Shown: positions 1-8,673, counted from the first letter of the stretch. The stretch: DNA of 32,000 nt from Candidatus Saccharimonadota bacterium (GCA_001790095.1 MGBH01000001.1:180001-212000); one strand, 5' to 3'. Program-made: numbers and translations. Notes: generated from the letters alone by a model not told the origin.

Positions 1-120
1 GTGGCATATCCTCAATCTTCACGAAAGGGAGATGAATATGTAACCTATCGGATCAAAGTACCTGAGCACATGTCTCATAAAGGAAGAAAACTCCTAGAGG
101 AGTTGGAAAAAGAAATATAA
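1..120 (+). CDS. dnaJ: 3' end of a DnaJ-like co-chaperone gene (partial; start lies outside the window)
   Basis: Frame 1 is open from the window edge to TAA at 118-120. The translation VAYPQSSRKGDEYVTYRIKVPEHMSHKGRKLLEELEKEI resembles the DnaJ C-terminal GDL..v.v.tP..l...Q..LLeEL segment. Confidence 0.45.
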   Translation: MAYPQSSRKGDEYVTYRIKVPEHMSHKGRKLLEELEKEI

Positions 121-131
121 TGTCTACCCAA

Positions 132-160
132 TTGACAAAAGGCTAATACGAGCATACAAT
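132..160 (+). promoter_or_regulatory. Sigma70-like promoter upstream of efp
   Basis: TTGACA (132-137), 17-nt spacer, TACAAT (155-160). A second extended -10 (TGaTATAAT) lies at 179-187. The efp ATG is at 227. Confidence 0.45.
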
Positions 161-226
161 ATGAACTTGCAATTATGCTGATATAATCAGTATAAGACGT
201 AGTTATTATATTAATAAATATATCAT

Positions 227-793
227 ATGAAAACAAACGCAGGAAGTCTTAAGAAAGGTGAGTTTATTCGTTATCAGGGCGATATATGGCAGGTTCAAAA
301 AGCAGATTTTTATTCTCCTGGTAAGGGATCAGCTCTCATGAAAGCTCGGATCAAAAACATTATTTCCGCAAAAAACATTGAGTATGCATTTAAATCAAAC
401 GAAGAGATAGAAACTTTGGAGGTAGAATGTGTTGAGATGCAGTATTTATATAAAGATACAGAAAACGTATATTTTATGGATCAACGTACATACAATCAGT
501 TCAGTCTTCCGCTTGACGTCATCGGAGAACCAGTCAAATTTTTGAAAGAAGGCAAATCATATTTTGTATATGTACATGAGGAAAAAGCTCTTACCATGCG
601 ACCAGCATTGAGTGTCAAACTAAAGATCATTGAGACGGACGCCGCAGTAAAGGGAGATACCGTATCGGGAGCAAAGAAACCGGCAAAGGTAGAAACAGGC
701 GTTACTGTTATGGTCCCCTTATTTGTAAAAGTAGGCGACCTTATCACCGTAAATCCGGAGACAGGTGAGTATGGTGAAAGAGTAAAAGAGTAA
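227..793 (+). CDS. efp: Elongation factor P
   Basis: 188 aa. N-terminal KKGEFIRYQGDIWQV and the PGKG loop (SPGKGSALMKARIKN) are typical of EF-P, as is the three-domain length. Confidence 0.95.
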   Translation: MKTNAGSLKKGEFIRYQGDIWQVQKADFYSPGKGSALMKARIKNIISAKNIEYAFKSNEEIETLEVECVEMQYLYKDTENVYFMDQRTYNQFSLPLDVIGEPVKFLKEGKSYFVYVHEEKALTMRPALSVKLKIIETDAAVKGDTVSGAKKPAKVETGVTVMVPLFVKVGDLITVNPETGEYGERVKE

Positions 794-823
794 CTTCAGT
801 TTACAAACGTTATAACTAAATTC

Positions 824-1447
824 ATGCTTTCAGTTGGAGAGATACTGCAAAAGGAACGAATAAAAAAGGGATATCCCCTCTTGTTGGTCGAGAAACAGAT
901 TAAGGTAAGAGAAAAATTTTTACGTGCAATAGAAGAAAACAATTGGAATTTTTTTTCTTCAAAAATCTACATAACAGGAGTGATTAAAAACTATGCTATT
1001 TTTTTGGGATTAGATTATCGGAAAATTCTTGCTTTTTTCAGAAGAGAATATGGTAGGAAAGAAGATATGCGCTTCAAAAAAAAAGTCTCAAGCTCATATC
1101 TTATATCTGATACTAAAAAAATTGCAACAGCAATACTTGTCATAGTATCATTTTTTTTTATTACATATTTTGGATATCAGATGGTAGTGTACTTAACTCC
1201 ACCAAAAGTTTCGATTATTGAACCTACGCAAACACATTTTAAACGAATAGATAAAATCAAGATCGTTGGGAAAACTGAAAAAGAAGCAGCTGTGACGATA
1301 TTTGGCGAGCGTGTATACCAAAATAAAGACGGTATTTTTGAGTACGAATTTCCCCTCAAAAAGAAAAATAACAAACTTACCATTGAAGTAATTGGAGCAA
1401 ATGGAAAGAAAACGGTTCTTGTAAGGGAATACATTAAAGAGCAATGA
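824..1447 (+). CDS. RodZ-like HTH / single-pass membrane protein
   Basis: 207 aa. It has an N-terminal HTH-like segment (VGEILQKERIKKGYPLLLVEKQIKVREKFLRAIEENNW), a central TM helix (IATAILVIVSFFFITYFGY) and a C-terminal beta-rich domain. This is the RodZ/DUF4115 layout. Confidence 0.55.
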   Translation: MLSVGEILQKERIKKGYPLLLVEKQIKVREKFLRAIEENNWNFFSSKIYITGVIKNYAIFLGLDYRKILAFFRREYGRKEDMRFKKKVSSSYLISDTKKIATAILVIVSFFFITYFGYQMVVYLTPPKVSIIEPTQTHFKRIDKIKIVGKTEKEAAVTIFGERVYQNKDGIFEYEFPLKKKNNKLTIEVIGANGKKTVLVREYIKEQ

Positions 1448-2717
1448 TGTCTTTTATCTTTTTGATTGACTGGATATTTTTTGAGGAGTAGATGTTTTTA
1501 AACCCAAGCCTTCTTGACTCACTGATAATTTTATCTTCAGCAAACCCCCTTCTCACTTCACCAAGAAGTCCAACCTCACCAATAAATACCGTTTTCTTAG
1601 AGATAGAGATGTTTTTAAGTGACGAATAAAGTGATGAGATGATGCCAAGATCAGCTAATGTTGAGGTGATTTTAACACCGCCTATTACATTGACATATAT
1701 ATCAAAACGGTCAAGCTGCAAATTTAGGTGTTTTTTGATGACCGCAAGAAGAAGCTGAACTTTATTGTAGTCGACTCCTTTTACTACTCGGCGGGGGATG
1801 GATAAAACTGTAGGTACGGCGAGAGTCTGAATTTCATAAAAAAGCTGGCGCTTTCCTTCGTTTACCCCAACAATTGATTTCCCAGGAACAAGCTCATTTA
1901 CATCATCTAAAAAAACAAGCGGATTGGTTACCTCATAGAGTCCTCCTTCTTTCATCTCAAAGATACCAATTTCATCAGTTGAACCAAATCGGTTTTTTGA
2001 TGCCCGAAGGATTCTAAAGCTTGAAACCTGTTCTCCTTCAAAATTAAGAACACAATCTACTAAATGCTCAAGAGTTTTTGGGCCCGCCACATCGCCTTCT
2101 TTGGTGATATGACCAATAAGGATTACTGCTATTTTGTTTTTCTTTGCCATAGAGATGAGTTTACTTGCGGATTCTTTTAATTGATTTATACTACCAGGTG
2201 CACTCTCGATATCTTTGGAATAAACGGTTTGGATTGAATCAATGACCAGAATCTCAGGTTTTTCTCTTGCGTTTTCAATATAGTTGACGATCCCTTCAAC
2301 CTGTAAATCATTTGAAAAATCAAAAGCATCAAGACGTGAGTCAAGTCTTTCAGCTCTGTCCCTTATCTGTTCTGCTGATTCTTCACCTGATATATAGATT
2401 GTTTGTAATTTACTAAGTGATTGGAGAAGTAGTGTCGACTTACCTACACCCGGCTCACCTGTCAAAAGAACTACTTCTCCCGGTACAAATCCACTACCCA
2501 AAACTCGGTCGAATTCAAACATACCGGTTTTCTTTCTTTCTTTCTTACTTGTTTTAATTTTGCTTAAGGATGTAAGAGTAATAGTTTCTATATCCTCATT
2601 TTTTGAAGAAGGTTGTTCTTGTTTTTGAGTCATGGTATTCCATTCACCGCAGTTGGGACACTTTCCGATCCATGATGCTGCACCATACTCGCAGTTTGAA
2701 CAAATATAAAAAGCCAT
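1434..2717 (-). CDS. radA: DNA repair protein RadA/Sms
   Basis: 427 aa. It has an N-terminal Zn ribbon (CSNCEYGAASWIGKCPNCGEWNT), Walker A (GEPGVGKST), the KNRFG motif and a Lon-like C-terminal domain. Confidence 0.93.
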   Translation of the reverse strand: MAFYICSNCEYGAASWIGKCPNCGEWNTMTQKQEQPSSKNEDIETITLTSLSKIKTSKKERKKTGMFEFDRVLGSGFVPGEVVLLTGEPGVGKSTLLLQSLSKLQTIYISGEESAEQIRDRAERLDSRLDAFDFSNDLQVEGIVNYIENAREKPEILVIDSIQTVYSKDIESAPGSINQLKESASKLISMAKKNKIAVILIGHITKEGDVAGPKTLEHLVDCVLNFEGEQVSSFRILRASKNRFGSTDEIGIFEMKEGGLYEVTNPLVFLDDVNELVPGKSIVGVNEGKRQLFYEIQTLAVPTVLSIPRRVVKGVDYNKVQLLLAVIKKHLNLQLDRFDIYVNVIGGVKITSTLADLGIISSLYSSLKNISISKKTVFIGEVGLLGEVRRGFAEDKIISESRRLGFKNIYSSKNIQSIKKIKDIIAL

Positions 2718-2718
2718 A

Positions 2719-4413
2719 CTACATTTTTTTAACAGTCTTAATACCTAATAGATTAAGTCCATGACGCAACGTATTTCCTACTGCTTTTGTAAGAAGAATA
2801 CGAATGGTTTGACTCTCTTTTTTAGCTTTAAGGATTGGATTTTTTTGATAAAAAAGATTGAAGTCTTGAGCAAGTTCAAAAAGGTAAGTGGCAAGTATAT
2901 TAGGGGACAATTTTTTTGCCGATTCATGGACTACCGATACATATTGATACAGTTTTCGAAGTAGTGTATTTTCATCTTCATTTACTTGAGATGGGGAAAC
3001 TGTAATCCCCCCACTTTCTATTTTATTTAGAATGCCCTGAGTCCGTACATAGGTATAGATTAAGTAAGGAGCGGAGTTTCCGTTTAGTGATATAGATTCG
3101 TCAAAATCAAAAAATATTTCCATTTGGGTTGAGACTTTGAGGAAAGAATATTTAATCGATGCAACAGCAAGCGTTTCGGCTGTTTCAGGATCGAGTTTAA
3201 ACTTCGAAAGAAGCGCTTTTTTCGCTTCATCAATAAGCCATGCTCCCTCAATAACATTGCCAAGACGAGAAGACATTTTCCCCTTTTTCAGCTTAACCCA
3301 GTTGTAGGCGAGATGGTATTGCTTATCTTTGTATTTTATGGGGTCAATTAGTTCTTCTACCTTGAAAGTAACCTGAAAAAAACTAGTTTGTTCCGGAGTG
3401 ACGACATGAACATTTTTATCTAAAACACCAAACTCGCCGAATTCAAGCTCTGCCAATGCTAGTTCTTTTCCTTCATAGGTTGGAAATCCCTGGGAGTTAA
3501 TAAACACTCGTGTGTCGATTCCATATTTTTCTCCTTTGAAGACGATTGCCCCTTGGCTTTTTTCAAGAATTCCCCTTTTCAAAAGTTGATCCGCCAAAGC
3601 GGTGCCGCGTTTATGACACTCACTTTCAAAATAAAGTCGGTCATGATGAGAATACACTCGCTTATAGATCTCATCAAAATAAGCGAGACTCCATTTTCTT
3701 GTATCTTCCCAAAGTGGCATGACAGCAGGATTCTCTTCATATACTAAACGGTTTATCTCCAGTATTTCTTTCTTTGCGTTTTCATCAGTTGTGTACAGAC
3801 TTTCTGCCTGTGCATATGCTTTGCCAAGGAGCGCGATCTTATCTCGCAGCGTCATACTTTCGATCTTTTCATGTCCCATCTCCTTGATAAAATGCTGTAC
3901 TTTCCATATGGTTTTTGCGATATGAAGTCCAACGTCACCCTGGTAATTTGATCTTATAACCTTATTACCACATGCTTCAAGGAGTCGTACAACCGATTCA
4001 CCGGTTGAAAGATTGCGCATATGTCCGATATGAAGAAGTTTAAGCGTGTTTGGATGGGCAAACTCTACCATGACTTTTTTCTCTGAGCCATAATAAAAGG
4101 GAGGGATCATAAAGACATTGTTGGAAAGTTGATTTACCACCTCAAAAAATATTTTTGGTTGAAGCCATATATTAATAAAGCCTGGCTTTATGACCTGAGT
4201 TTTAAAAATGAGGTTGTTTTTCGGAATATGTTTTACATACTCTTGCGCTATTGAAAATGGTGCTTTTTTAAGTTGTTTTGCGGATTTGAGCGCAATGCTT
4301 GTTGCAAAATCCCCGTACCCCTTTTGGGAGGGGATATCTATCGTGACGATTTCGGTAATACCCATTTTTTCAGCTGCCTTTTGCAGGAGGGACTGGATTT
4401 CATCTATAACCAT
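2719..4413 (-). CDS. argS: Arginine--tRNA ligase
   Basis: 564 aa class I aaRS with HIGH (LHIGHMRN) and KMSK-like (KMSSRLG) motifs. Length and C-terminal anticodon-binding region are ArgRS-like. Confidence 0.95.
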   Translation of the reverse strand: MVIDEIQSLLQKAAEKMGITEIVTIDIPSQKGYGDFATSIALKSAKQLKKAPFSIAQEYVKHIPKNNLIFKTQVIKPGFINIWLQPKIFFEVVNQLSNNVFMIPPFYYGSEKKVMVEFAHPNTLKLLHIGHMRNLSTGESVVRLLEACGNKVIRSNYQGDVGLHIAKTIWKVQHFIKEMGHEKIESMTLRDKIALLGKAYAQAESLYTTDENAKKEILEINRLVYEENPAVMPLWEDTRKWSLAYFDEIYKRVYSHHDRLYFESECHKRGTALADQLLKRGILEKSQGAIVFKGEKYGIDTRVFINSQGFPTYEGKELALAELEFGEFGVLDKNVHVVTPEQTSFFQVTFKVEELIDPIKYKDKQYHLAYNWVKLKKGKMSSRLGNVIEGAWLIDEAKKALLSKFKLDPETAETLAVASIKYSFLKVSTQMEIFFDFDESISLNGNSAPYLIYTYVRTQGILNKIESGGITVSPSQVNEDENTLLRKLYQYVSVVHESAKKLSPNILATYLFELAQDFNLFYQKNPILKAKKESQTIRILLTKAVGNTLRHGLNLLGIKTVKKM

Positions 4414-4432
4414 GGCTATATAATATCACAAA

Positions 4433-5224
4433 CTACTTCTTAATAAGTAACGACGTTTTATCAGCAATGAATACTTTGTTTATATCTTTATACTTTGTAT
4501 TTATCAACACCTTATAAATCTTATTTATATGTGAAATCTCGAAGTTGAATTGGTTATGCGCGGGAAAGATAATTGATATAGATAGTTTCATTAATTTTTT
4601 TATACTGTTTAAATAGTCAGTGAGGTTTGATTCCGCAAGGTGCAAATATATATTTCCAGGATAAAGAGTGTCTCCCGAAAATAAAATTTTCTTATTTGAC
4701 TCATATAAACAGATTGAGTCAGGAGAATGCCCAGGAGTATGCAAAACTGTAAATACAAAAGGGTCAATATATAATTTATAGTTATCTACTATTTTTTTAG
4801 TCCACATAAATGGTTTTATTCTATATTTGGCACAAGAAAACGAGCGAGGAGGTCTTTTAACAAAACTATTTTTTTTAAATGCACCAAACATAGATTCTTG
4901 AGAGAATCCGTTACCTGCGTTTTGAGAACTGAACTCATGATCAAAAAGGAAAATTTCATCAAACTGATAGTTACCACCTATATGGTCAAAATGAGTGTGC
5001 GAATTCACTACAAGTATTGGTAGGTGAGTGATTTTTTTGATAGCCTGTCTTATGTTGTCTATCCCCATACCAGTATCAAACAAGAGGACTTGTTTTTTTC
5101 CTATCACCAGATATGATATAACCTTTTCATTATGACCAAATTCCGCTATCCCCCAGATATTTTTTAAAACCCTTTTTATCATAAACCAACCACTGTTTGT
5201 TTCACCTTCTTTTTTTATTTTCAT
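4433..5224 (-). CDS. MBL-fold metallo-hydrolase
   Basis: 263 aa with HxHxDH (SHTHFDHIGG), a later HTPGHSPDS motif and a GDTLY motif. It is noticeably more AT-rich than its neighbours. Confidence 0.8.
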   Translation of the reverse strand: MKIKKEGETNSGWFMIKRVLKNIWGIAEFGHNEKVISYLVIGKKQVLLFDTGMGIDNIRQAIKKITHLPILVVNSHTHFDHIGGNYQFDEIFLFDHEFSSQNAGNGFSQESMFGAFKKNSFVKRPPRSFSCAKYRIKPFMWTKKIVDNYKLYIDPFVFTVLHTPGHSPDSICLYESNKKILFSGDTLYPGNIYLHLAESNLTDYLNSIKKLMKLSISIIFPAHNQFNFEISHINKIYKVLINTKYKDINKVFIADKTSLLIKK

Positions 5225-5229
5225 ATTTA

Positions 5230-6042
5230 TTATTCTAATGTAACATAATCAGGTAGATTTGGAATAATCCCCCACAGGTTGCTTTCCTGGTATGTGGCAA
5301 GTCCTGTTTCAGGATCAACAGTCCATTGTCCAACCTCACCGCACTCCCATTTTTCACCGAATTGCTTCCACATATCGGCATGATAATTTGTTTGTAATTC
5401 CTCAAACTCCTCAGGCGTTATTCCGAAGACAGTCATGGCCTGTACATCGGTTTTGAGTGGTTTCATTCCGTTGCGGGTTAAACTTCTGATCCAGGCATCA
5501 ATAGGTGAGCCATCTTTTTGAACCATATGGATGTATGCATCAAAATCAGTAGGTCCATGTTTTATTTTGAATAAGCCGAACTCATTTGGTCTGAACGAGC
5601 CGATAATGTTTTCAATTCCTAATTCCTTTCCCAGTTTTTGTACTTGATGTACGAGAGCGGTTGCAAGTCCAAATTTCTGGTAAGAAGAGTGGACATTCAT
5701 TGACATAAGAACAAGAGCGTTTCCTTCAGGTTGATATGTTTTTTCATATGTGGTTGGGTCTCCGGCAACAGTGTCCCAGTTCGGTAAAGAATCAACATGG
5801 CCATCCCAATATATTCTGTTTGTCGAAACTGTTGCTACGATTTGTCCTTCAGGTAGCTCAATTTGAAGCTGTCCTTCAGGGAAAACTTTTGAGCGGCCAA
5901 TAAGACTTGATTCCGATGCAGAAAGCCATGGTGCCCAGTTATGCACTTCAAGATTTTGATGAATAATTGAGGCGGATTCAGGTGTCCATGACTTTATGGT
6001 GCAATTTCCTAGTTTTTCATTCATGATATGTATTTCTTTCAT
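5230..6042 (-). CDS. Atypical ~270-aa GNAT-fold acyltransferase with a C-terminal extension; substrate unknown
   Basis: An acetyl-CoA-binding-like motif (SSYQKFGLATALVHQVQKLGKELGIE, Q-x-x-G-x-A) sits in the middle of the ORF. The ORF track starts at 6114 and would overlap the upstream gene by 47 nt. In-frame ATGs at 6042 (MKEIHIM) or 6024 (MNEKLG) are more plausible starts. Confidence 0.55.
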   Translation of the reverse strand: MKEIHIMNEKLGNCTIKSWTPESASIIHQNLEVHNWAPWLSASESSLIGRSKVFPEGQLQIELPEGQIVATVSTNRIYWDGHVDSLPNWDTVAGDPTTYEKTYQPEGNALVLMSMNVHSSYQKFGLATALVHQVQKLGKELGIENIIGSFRPNEFGLFKIKHGPTDFDAYIHMVQKDGSPIDAWIRSLTRNGMKPLKTDVQAMTVFGITPEEFEELQTNYHADMWKQFGEKWECGEVGQWTVDPETGLATYQESNLWGIIPNLPDYVTLE

Positions 6043-6067
6043 ATATTGATATTTTTTAATTTGTAAT

Positions 6068-6544
6068 TTATGGAATATATTGAAAAATAACGGATTGTTG
6101 AGTCCAATCATCAAAAATACCTAAACCATCGGTTTGGTTTTTTAATTCTTCTTCGGTCATATACATCCATCCAGCATTCATATTGCTTTTTATGGATGGT
6201 TTATTATCTGAAGCTACTACACTAAAGATTGGTATCCCTGGAAATTGTGATGCAATTGATTCAGCTATCAGCTGTTTAAGCTGCGTTCCCAATCCTTTTC
6301 CTTGATACGGTGGAGCCACAACTCGGCTGCCAACTTCAAATGCAACTAAAGCCGCTTCTCCATTTGCTATCTGGTGAAAGATAAGCTTGGGATTATCTGC
6401 TGCGGATAAAAATAAGTCATTTTGTTTCACAATTGGGTCGGCCTTTACAAAACCAACCAGATGTTCATCTATCCCTCCAATCACCACACAAGCAAGTCCG
6501 TGATCAAGATAGGCTTTGAGTATGTTTGGTTCTAACTGATACAT
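6068..6544 (-). CDS. GNAT-family N-acyltransferase, paralog of 7930..8535; possibly the C-terminal part of a frameshifted gene
   Basis: 158 aa with a canonical VVAPPYQGKGLGTQL motif. It shares LVGFVKA, EVGSxVV, (F/Y)PG(I/L)P..(S/A)VV..DN..S and D.W...S.IF blocks with the 7930..8535 product. Confidence 0.7.
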   Translation of the reverse strand: MYQLEPNILKAYLDHGLACVVIGGIDEHLVGFVKADPIVKQNDLFLSAADNPKLIFHQIANGEAALVAFEVGSRVVAPPYQGKGLGTQLKQLIAESIASQFPGIPIFSVVASDNKPSIKSNMNAGWMYMTEEELKNQTDGLGIFDDWTQQSVIFQYIP

Positions 6545-6716
6545 GTGATCGCCTTCCTAATTGTTTTATCAACTCAGATGCTTGGTTAGCTAATTTATCC
6601 ATATGAAGGCAAGAACTTGGAAAATCTCCTCCAGGTACAATGGTTGTAAATTCACTGCATGTATTAAGCGCTTTAACTGCATAATAGTCGTTAAAGCATA
6701 GTTTTGATTCTGTCAT
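6504..6716 (-). CDS. 70-aa ORF; probably the detached N-terminal segment of the downstream GNAT (1-nt frame offset), alternatively an independent small protein
   Basis: It starts ATGACAG, like the paralog at 8535. It overlaps the 6068..6544 ORF by 41 nt in the adjacent frame. ELIKQLGRRSH followed by MYQLEPNILKAY parallels GLLQALGGKHTFHPTPEALAFA of the paralog. Confidence 0.4.
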   Translation of the reverse strand: MTESKLCFNDYYAVKALNTCSEFTTIVPGGDFPSSCLHMDKLANQASELIKQLGRRSHVSVRTKHTQSLS

Positions 6717-6734
6717 ACAAATTAATTAATTAGT

Positions 6735-6761
6735 AAAAAAAACCCGAGTTTACACTCGGGG
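6735..6761 (-). terminator. Intrinsic terminator (minus strand) between the M20 peptidase and the next GNAT
   Basis: The 7-bp stem CCCGAGT (6743-6749) pairs with ACTCGGG (6754-6760) around a 4-nt loop. On the minus strand it is followed by T8 (6735-6742). The T-tract ends 18 nt before the ATG at 6716. Confidence 0.7.
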
Positions 6762-6859
6762 ATATATATATGTTTCTTTGTTTTAGGGTACATAATATCT
6801 ATCCTTTGATTTCCTCCTGATCATGTTTTTTGATATATAGTTTTTCAGTTTTGATATTT

Positions 6860-7915
6860 TCATAGGGTTTGGATACATTTACTAACGATTGATGTTAGTA
6901 GAGTTAGATCATGGATAGACACTTCTTCTTTAGTAGTATGTGTATATTTTGCTCCATCAGTCAAATTCACCGTTTGCACACCATGCGTCATCAAGACATT
7001 TGCATCACTTATACCCGAGTGCTCAAAAAAGATTGTTTTTAGACTCAAACTTTTATTGATAACATCTATTTTTTTAATGAAATCATTATCTTTTGCATGG
7101 ATGTAACCGGAACAGTATCCATCAAGCATAAACTTGAGTTTTGCTCCTGATTTCTTAGTCTCTTTTTTAAACACTTCCTCGATATGGTTCAAGTGTTTCT
7201 TAAATTGTTTATTGTTATAACTTCTAACCTCTCCTGAGATGATGATCTCATCAGGAATAATGTTTATGCCGGTTCCTCCATTTATTATTCCAACATTTAT
7301 CGTAGTTTCATCATTATCCAATATGCCAATCTTGATTTGGTGTAGTGCATTTAGTGCGGGGATGAAGGTATTTATTCCTTTCTTCGGCTGAGAAGAATGA
7401 GCGGCTTGACCGAAAAGCTTAGCATGAAAATTGTAAATATAGGGAGATTGAAGAACTATTCCACCAAGGGGTTTTGAACTATCAAAGATAAGGGCGTGTT
7501 TTGCCTTGATCCAGGCAAACGGAAAGAATTCAACGCCTCCTCCAGTCTCCTCTTTTACTGTAAAAAGAAGCTCTAGGTTTTTATCTGACTGTATTGTTTC
7601 AACCGCTGTTAATATGGCGGCGAGGGAGGCTTTATTATCAGCCCCAAGGATAGTGTTGCCTGAACTTTTTATTATCCCACCTTTAATAACAGGTTTTATT
7701 CCAATACCCGGCTGCACAGTATCCATATGAGAACAAAGAAGCAATGGTTTACCAGGTTTGTTATTAGTGGCATATATATTACCTACTTTATCTATTTTAA
7801 ACGTAAAGTTATGTTTCTTTAGCCATTGTTGTAACCACAGGCTCATCTTTTCCTCATGGCCGGACGGACTATCGATTTGGACTAATTGTAAAAAAAGATC
7901 AGTTGTTTTATTCAT
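6860..7915 (-). CDS. M20-family metallopeptidase (peptidase T / deacylase-like)
   Basis: 351 aa with DSPSGHEE near the N-terminus, CSHMDTV, GADNKASLAAIL (GADDKAG-like bridging Asp) and KEETGG. These are typical M20 metal ligands. Confidence 0.8.
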   Translation of the reverse strand: MNKTTDLFLQLVQIDSPSGHEEKMSLWLQQWLKKHNFTFKIDKVGNIYATNNKPGKPLLLCSHMDTVQPGIGIKPVIKGGIIKSSGNTILGADNKASLAAILTAVETIQSDKNLELLFTVKEETGGGVEFFPFAWIKAKHALIFDSSKPLGGIVLQSPYIYNFHAKLFGQAAHSSQPKKGINTFIPALNALHQIKIGILDNDETTINVGIINGGTGINIIPDEIIISGEVRSYNNKQFKKHLNHIEEVFKKETKKSGAKLKFMLDGYCSGYIHAKDNDFIKKIDVINKSLSLKTIFFEHSGISDANVLMTHGVQTVNLTDGAKYTHTTKEEVSIHDLTLLTSIVSKCIQTL

Positions 7916-7929
7916 ATAATTATCTTAAA

Positions 7930-8535
7930 TTAATTTGGACAAAGGAAAATTGTTGAGGGTGGTTCCCATCCATCAAGAACATCTATTCCCAGTAGTTCTT
8001 GCGCATAATCCCGTTGAATTTCAGGCCAATTAAGTTTTTTTCCAAAAACATGTAATGAAGCAGTGTTGTCATTGGTTACAACAGCAATAACTGGCAATCC
8101 AGGATAAACCTCTTTTGCGTGTTGCGCACTTAAATTTCCAAGATGTGATCCAAGATTATTGCCTTGATTGTCTTTTTCTACCACCAGGCTACCAACCTCA
8201 ACACATATGGGTTTTGCTCCTCCGCTTTCAACAAGCACAACATCTTCAGGTGACTCAAACATCTTAGGACCCTTAGGGGTTGTTAACCAAGGAACTGCTT
8301 TTACAAATCCTGCAACCAGGCCATCTGTATCTGTTGCCAGTATTGCATGATTCTTTTGCATTGCAAATGCAAGTGCTTCTGGAGTCGGATGAAAAGTATG
8401 CTTTCCACCTAAAGCCTGAAGCAATCCGGCAACTGCAATACCGTGTTGAAGTAAAGCTTCATACGGTTGGGTTGATAGAGAACCATTTCTCAGAATATCA
8501 AACGGTTTTCTTAATTGTATTGCTTCGACTGTCAT
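7930..8535 (-). CDS. GNAT-family N-acyltransferase (paralog of 6068..6716)
   Basis: It has a GNAT A-motif-like segment (VVEKDNQGNNLGSHLG) and shares blocks with the 6068..6544 product. The ORF track starts at a TTG (8547) that lies inside the terminator T-tract, so the ATG at 8535 (MTVEAIQ) is preferred. Confidence 0.7.
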   Translation of the reverse strand: MTVEAIQLRKPFDILRNGSLSTQPYEALLQHGIAVAGLLQALGGKHTFHPTPEALAFAMQKNHAILATDTDGLVAGFVKAVPWLTTPKGPKMFESPEDVVLVESGGAKPICVEVGSLVVEKDNQGNNLGSHLGNLSAQHAKEVYPGLPVIAVVTNDNTASLHVFGKKLNWPEIQRDYAQELLGIDVLDGWEPPSTIFLCPN

Positions 8536-8545
8536 ATTTTTAACC

Positions 8546-8575
8546 AAAAAAAATCCCCCCGGTATTTGCGGGGGG
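8546..8575 (-). terminator. Intrinsic terminator (minus strand) 10 nt upstream of the GNAT start codon
   Basis: The stem CCCCCCG (8555-8561) pairs with CGGGGGG (8569-8575) around a 7-nt loop. On the minus strand it is followed by A then T8 (8546-8553). No minus-strand gene ends upstream of it. Confidence 0.7.
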
Positions 8576-8673
8576 TTAGTAACAAAACCTTATGAGTTTA
8601 GCTCATAAAAATATTACCTTCCCCATTGATCCTCCTCAAATTGGCTGAAAGTAATATCTTTAACATAAAATGT

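Noticed and set aside
1434-1447. 14-nt 3'-end overlap of the convergent RodZ-like and radA genes as a possible regulatory antisense element
   Set aside because: Short convergent overlaps are common in compact genomes, and no structure or motif is associated with this one. It is mentioned only as part of the terminator-distribution observation.
6783-6824. 13-codon ORF (MIRRKSKDRYYVP) in the spacer after the peptidase gene
   Set aside because: The AGGAGG box lies inside it rather than upstream of it. It shows no similarity to the mini-ORF of the other leader. It is most likely fortuitous.
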